A DNA stretch of 64,000 bases. Origin: an uncultured bacterium. GTDB taxonomy: Bacteria; Patescibacteriota; Minisyncoccia; Phycocordibacterales; CAIRYW01. Location: contig CAVYBO010000002.1 in the NCBI GenBank assembly GCA_963766885.1, forward strand, positions 464,606 through 528,605, written 5' to 3'. This document shows, in pieces, positions 60,597 to 64,000 of the stretch (the stretch's first letter is position 1; each line of letters begins with the position of its first letter). The notes below the pieces were generated by a model, which did not search any database, was not told where the DNA came from, and saw only the letters and a program-made list of their open reading frames with translations. Both the position numbers and the translations under genes were made by a program.

Positions 60597-61760
60597 ATGA
60601 TAGATCTAAAAGTAATAAATTCAGTCCTAGGACAACTAGAAGAAGAGCGAGGAATTCCAAAAGAGAAAGTTTTGGACGCTGTTGAAAACGCCCTAGCTAC
60701 TGCATACAAAAAAGAATACGGCAAAAAAGGCCAAATCATCCGCGCCAAGTTTGATATTAATTCCGGCAAAGTTGATTTCTTCCAAGTCAAAATCGTAGTT
60801 GATCCAAAGGATGTAATTATGGAAGACGATGAGGAAGCGGAGGATGAAGAAAGAATCCGATTCAACTCCGAGCATCATATGCTTATTGACGACGCTCAAA
60901 AAATAAAAAAAGGTGTCGTTGTTGACGATGAAATTGTTTTTCCTCTTGAATCCAAAAGTGACTTCGGCAGAATCGCCGCTCAAACAGCCAAGCAAGTAAT
61001 CATCCAAAAAATCCGCGAAGCGGAAAAAGTTTCGGTCTTCGGAGAATTCGGTGCCAAAGAAAATACCATTGTTCACGGCACAGTTCAAAGAATTGAGCGA
61101 GGAAATATTTATCTTGATATGGGACGCGCATCAGGAATTCTTCCTTATGAAGAACAAATTCCAGGCGAGCGATACAAGCAGGGCGAAAAAGTTCGCGCAC
61201 TTCTTACCAAAGTAGAAGAAAGTCCTCGCGGCGTGTTCCTCAGACTTTCTCGCGCACATCCAACTTTTCTTGAAAAACTTTTTGAACAAGAAGTTCCAGA
61301 AATTACTGCGGGCTCAGTAGAAATCCGAGCAATTGCAAGAGAAGCAGGCTCTCGTTCCAAGGTTGCAGTATTTTCCAAAGACACACACATTGATCCTGTT
61401 GGCTCAATGGTTGGTCAGCGTGGAGTTAGAGTTTCTACAGTAATGAGCGAACTCGGCGGAGAAAAAATAGACATCATTGAATGGTCAGACGATGCAAAAC
61501 TTTTTGTTGCTGACGCCCTCTCTCCTGCTCGCGTGGAAAGCGTGGAGATTGATACAGAAACAAACACAGCAACAGTTGAAGTTGCAGAAGATCAGCAATC
61601 TTTGGCAATCGGCAAAGGCGGACAAAACGTTCGCTTGGCCGCAAAGCTCACCGGTTTCCGAATCGACATCAAAGCTGTCAAAGGAAAAGTTGAAGCTGAA
61701 GAAGAAATCAAAGAAACTCCAGAGACCGAAGTCTCATCAGAAGAAACAAAAACTGAGTAA
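60597..61760 (+). CDS. nusA: Transcription termination/antitermination factor NusA
   Basis: FGRIAAQTAKQVI.QKIRE, AREAGSRSKVAV, IDPVGS..GQRG.RV, LAIGKGGQNVRLAAKLTG. Confidence 0.98.
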   Translation: MIDLKVINSVLGQLEEERGIPKEKVLDAVENALATAYKKEYGKKGQIIRAKFDINSGKVDFFQVKIVVDPKDVIMEDDEEAEDEERIRFNSEHHMLIDDAQKIKKGVVVDDEIVFPLESKSDFGRIAAQTAKQVIIQKIREAEKVSVFGEFGAKENTIVHGTVQRIERGNIYLDMGRASGILPYEEQIPGERYKQGEKVRALLTKVEESPRGVFLRLSRAHPTFLEKLFEQEVPEITAGSVEIRAIAREAGSRSKVAVFSKDTHIDPVGSMVGQRGVRVSTVMSELGGEKIDIIEWSDDAKLFVADALSPARVESVEIDTETNTATVEVAEDQQSLAIGKGGQNVRLAAKLTGFRIDIKAVKGKVEAEEEIKETPETEVSSEETKTE

Positions 61761-61780
61761 TTAAATAAAAATTAAATTTC

Positions 61781-61819
61781 CAAAATAAAAACCTAGAATC
61801 ACTCTAGGTTTTTATTTTG
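61781..61819. terminator. Bidirectional terminator after nusA
   Basis: 17-bp stem CAAAATAAAAACCTAGA/TCTAGGTTTTTATTTTG. Confidence 0.8.
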
Positions 61820-61994
61820 CTTAATAGATAATGATTTTATTATTATTGACTTTTTGCATAAAAAGTGCTATTATATAGAGATAAAAGAACCTTGATAGGA
61901 ATATTTTGGCTGTGTCTTTTAGAACATTTTGTGTTTTAAAAGATGCAGCCAACAACCAAACAACGGCCTGCAGAGATCCAACCAAACATAACTT

Positions 61995-62420
61995 ATGACC
62001 AAGACCACCACCAATGTAGCAGAGTACAATTACACCTATGTGGCAGTTTTATTTCTGCTAGGCATCATTGCTATTATCATCATGAATCACTGCATGCCCG
62101 CTGTCGAGAAAAAGCAGTACGAATCCATCTACACCGCCAACAAGCTCGGATGGGGAACTATTTTCTCCGAGCCTGAGGAAGTGACGACTGGCATGCTGGA
62201 TATAACCGACCGCACCGACGACTTCGGAATCATGAAGCTTGGTTTCCGGATCAACGACAACATGTACTCCGGCTTTATCAATCGAGCCATGCTCCCTAAA
62301 GCTGGCGACATGAATCCTCGTCAATGGAGAAACGGGGATGAAGTGTTTATTGTTTCTGTTCCAGTTGTCGGTTCAGACCAATCCACCTACTTCGTTATCA
62401 ACCACCGGCCACACAAATAG
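61995..62420 (+). CDS. Orphan membrane-anchored hypothetical protein
   Basis: One TM helix; more GC-rich codons; own TTGACT promoter and AACCGCGCA..TGCGCGGTT hairpin. Confidence 0.6.
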   Translation: MTKTTTNVAEYNYTYVAVLFLLGIIAIIIMNHCMPAVEKKQYESIYTANKLGWGTIFSEPEEVTTGMLDITDRTDDFGIMKLGFRINDNMYSGFINRAMLPKAGDMNPRQWRNGDEVFIVSVPVVGSDQSTYFVINHRPHK

Positions 62421-62551
62421 CAGTACTTCCTGCTCGGTGAAAATCCGTGGGTCCTATCCCCTAAAAACAACCGCGCAAGATTCGTTCTGCGCGGTTTAAC
62501 TTTTTTATATTTTCTTTTTGATTTTTGAGGCTATTTTAGTATCATAGAGCA

Positions 62552-63481
62552 ATGATAAAAGTCTTTGGTCATATTTCGCCCGACACAGATTCAGCAGGAA
62601 GCGCTATTTTGTGGGCTTGGTATTTAAATACTCACACTTCTCTTGAAGCCGTACCTTTTGTTTTGGGGACACTCAACAAAGAAACATCTTTTGTTTTAAA
62701 AACTTGGAGTGTTCCAGAACCTGAACTTCTTGAAAAAGTAGAAGCTGGAGAACAAGTTGTTATTGTGGACACCAACAACCCTCAAGAACTTTTTCCAAAC
62801 ATTCTTGAAGCAAATATCCTACAAGTTATCGATCACCACAGACTAGCTGGAGAACTTTCAACCAAAAGACCAATTGAAATGACACTTCGGCCTTTTGCTT
62901 CCACTGCCACGGTAATTTACAGTCTGATAGAAAACCACATTGATACTTTGCCAAAAGAGATGGCAGGAATTTTGATTTCTTGTATTCTCTCCGACACACT
63001 GGCGTTTCGTTCTCCAACCACAAATCCGCACGACAGAAATATTGTAGAAAAACTTGCGGCCAAAATCGGCTTGGATATTAATTCCTACGCAGATCTAATG
63101 TTTGCTGCAAAATCTGATGTTTCAGATTATACCGACACAGGACTTATTCATCTGGATAGCAAAAAAACACTCGTGGGCGACAAAAACATCCGCATTTCTG
63201 TGGTTGAAACAACAAATCCAAAATCAATTCTTGACCGCAAAGACAATATTATTACTGCTATCAAAGAAATTCTTGCAAAAGAAAGCGATGTTGATGACGT
63301 ACTTTTTTTTGTAGTTGATATACTTAAGGAAGAATCAACGGTGTTTACATACAACCAATTTACCAAAGATATTGTTTCCGCATCGTTTGGTGTTGATACA
63401 AAATCAGATACAGAAACTTTGCCGGGTATTGTGTCCCGTAAAAAGCAAATTCTTCCAGCTTTGCAATTGCCCAAAAACTAA
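62552..63481 (+). CDS. ppaC: Mn-dependent inorganic pyrophosphatase (family II)
   Basis: GHISPDTDS, IDHH, ILSDT..FRSPTT, DSK, VSRKKQ. Confidence 0.94.
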   Translation: MIKVFGHISPDTDSAGSAILWAWYLNTHTSLEAVPFVLGTLNKETSFVLKTWSVPEPELLEKVEAGEQVVIVDTNNPQELFPNILEANILQVIDHHRLAGELSTKRPIEMTLRPFASTATVIYSLIENHIDTLPKEMAGILISCILSDTLAFRSPTTNPHDRNIVEKLAAKIGLDINSYADLMFAAKSDVSDYTDTGLIHLDSKKTLVGDKNIRISVVETTNPKSILDRKDNIITAIKEILAKESDVDDVLFFVVDILKEESTVFTYNQFTKDIVSASFGVDTKSDTETLPGIVSRKKQILPALQLPKN

Positions 63482-63499
63482 AATAAATTTAATAAATAA

Positions 63500-63718
63500 A
63501 TGGATAGCGAAACACAAAAAGAAAAACCAGAAGAATCTACAAAAGAAGGTGTCGGCCCAGTTGTCGGTACGGCCATAATAATTCTTGTCCTTTTGGCAGG
63601 AGCATATTATTTCTATACTCAAGAAGAACAAATTCAGAAAATCAAAGCAAGCTACAGACCAGAATCAACAACCAGTTTGGCAGCAAGCGCTGAAGCCAAT
63701 CTAACTGAGCAAAAATAA
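63500..63718 (+). CDS. Small membrane protein
   Basis: GVGPVVGTAIIILVLLAGAYYFY TM helix. Confidence 0.65.
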   Translation: MDSETQKEKPEESTKEGVGPVVGTAIIILVLLAGAYYFYTQEEQIQKIKASYRPESTTSLAASAEANLTEQK

Positions 63719-63793
63719 TTGTTTCTTTTATTGGCTGCATAGTTTCTTTTTTTAAAAAATTGTGTAATATGTCTAGACTTAATTAAAAAGCCT

Positions 63794-64000
63794 ATGACAA
63801 AAATCATTTCAATAACACCGCAACCAAAGTCTTCTCTGGAAATAAAACTGGAAATAGAAGCTTTTCAAATTACAGCAAAAAGACCCTCTGTTTTGAAAAG
63901 CCTAGGCCAAGACATTAAACTGGACGGCTTTCGACCAGGCAAAGTGCCTGAAGACGTTATCGTCAAAAAAGTCGGTGAAACAGCAATTTATGAAGAAGCT
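63794..64000 (+). CDS. tig: Trigger factor (N-terminal part, truncated by window)
   Basis: Manual translation MTKIISITPQ...IKLDGFRPGKVPEDV; GFRxGK ribosome-binding signature. Confidence 0.9.
   Translation, partial: MTKIISITPQPKSSLEIKLEIEAFQITAKRPSVLKSLGQDIKLDGFRPGKVPEDVIVKKVGETAIYEEA

Overview
Chromosomal segment that reads as Patescibacteria/CPR (Parcubacteria-like). The assignment is inferred from the AT-rich DNA, the absence of rpmD/uL30 between rpsE and rplO, a stand-alone VirB4/TraD-like ATPase, ComEC without its MBL domain and a type IV pilus cluster. The left half holds the str-S10-spc ribosomal superoperon on the minus strand, broken by inserted orphan genes that carry their own promoters and terminators; one insert is a PheA-TyrA-ACT fusion. 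The main find is a complete diversity-generating retroelement (DGR) at about 38.2-41.2 kb between pgk and recJ. Its TR (39726-39840) and VR (40200-40314) align over 115 nt without gaps and differ at 18 positions, all of them TR adenines. Its layout is unusual in three ways: (i) avd lies antisense between TR and RT, with the two start codons back-to-back in one CATATG palindrome; (ii) the RT gene contains an in-frame (GA)15 microsatellite next to a GCGAAGC mini-hairpin, a candidate phase-variation ON/OFF switch for mutagenesis; (iii) one reading frame stays open from TR through anti-avd into RT. Also seen: a 6S-RNA-like structure, a duplicated promoter+leader in front of rpsN and rpsS, and large secreted Cys-repeat/FN3 proteins. 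Frameshifts in tuf, in the RT C-terminus and in an FN3 gene suggest residual indel errors in the assembly. All calls were made by eye; no database searches were run.
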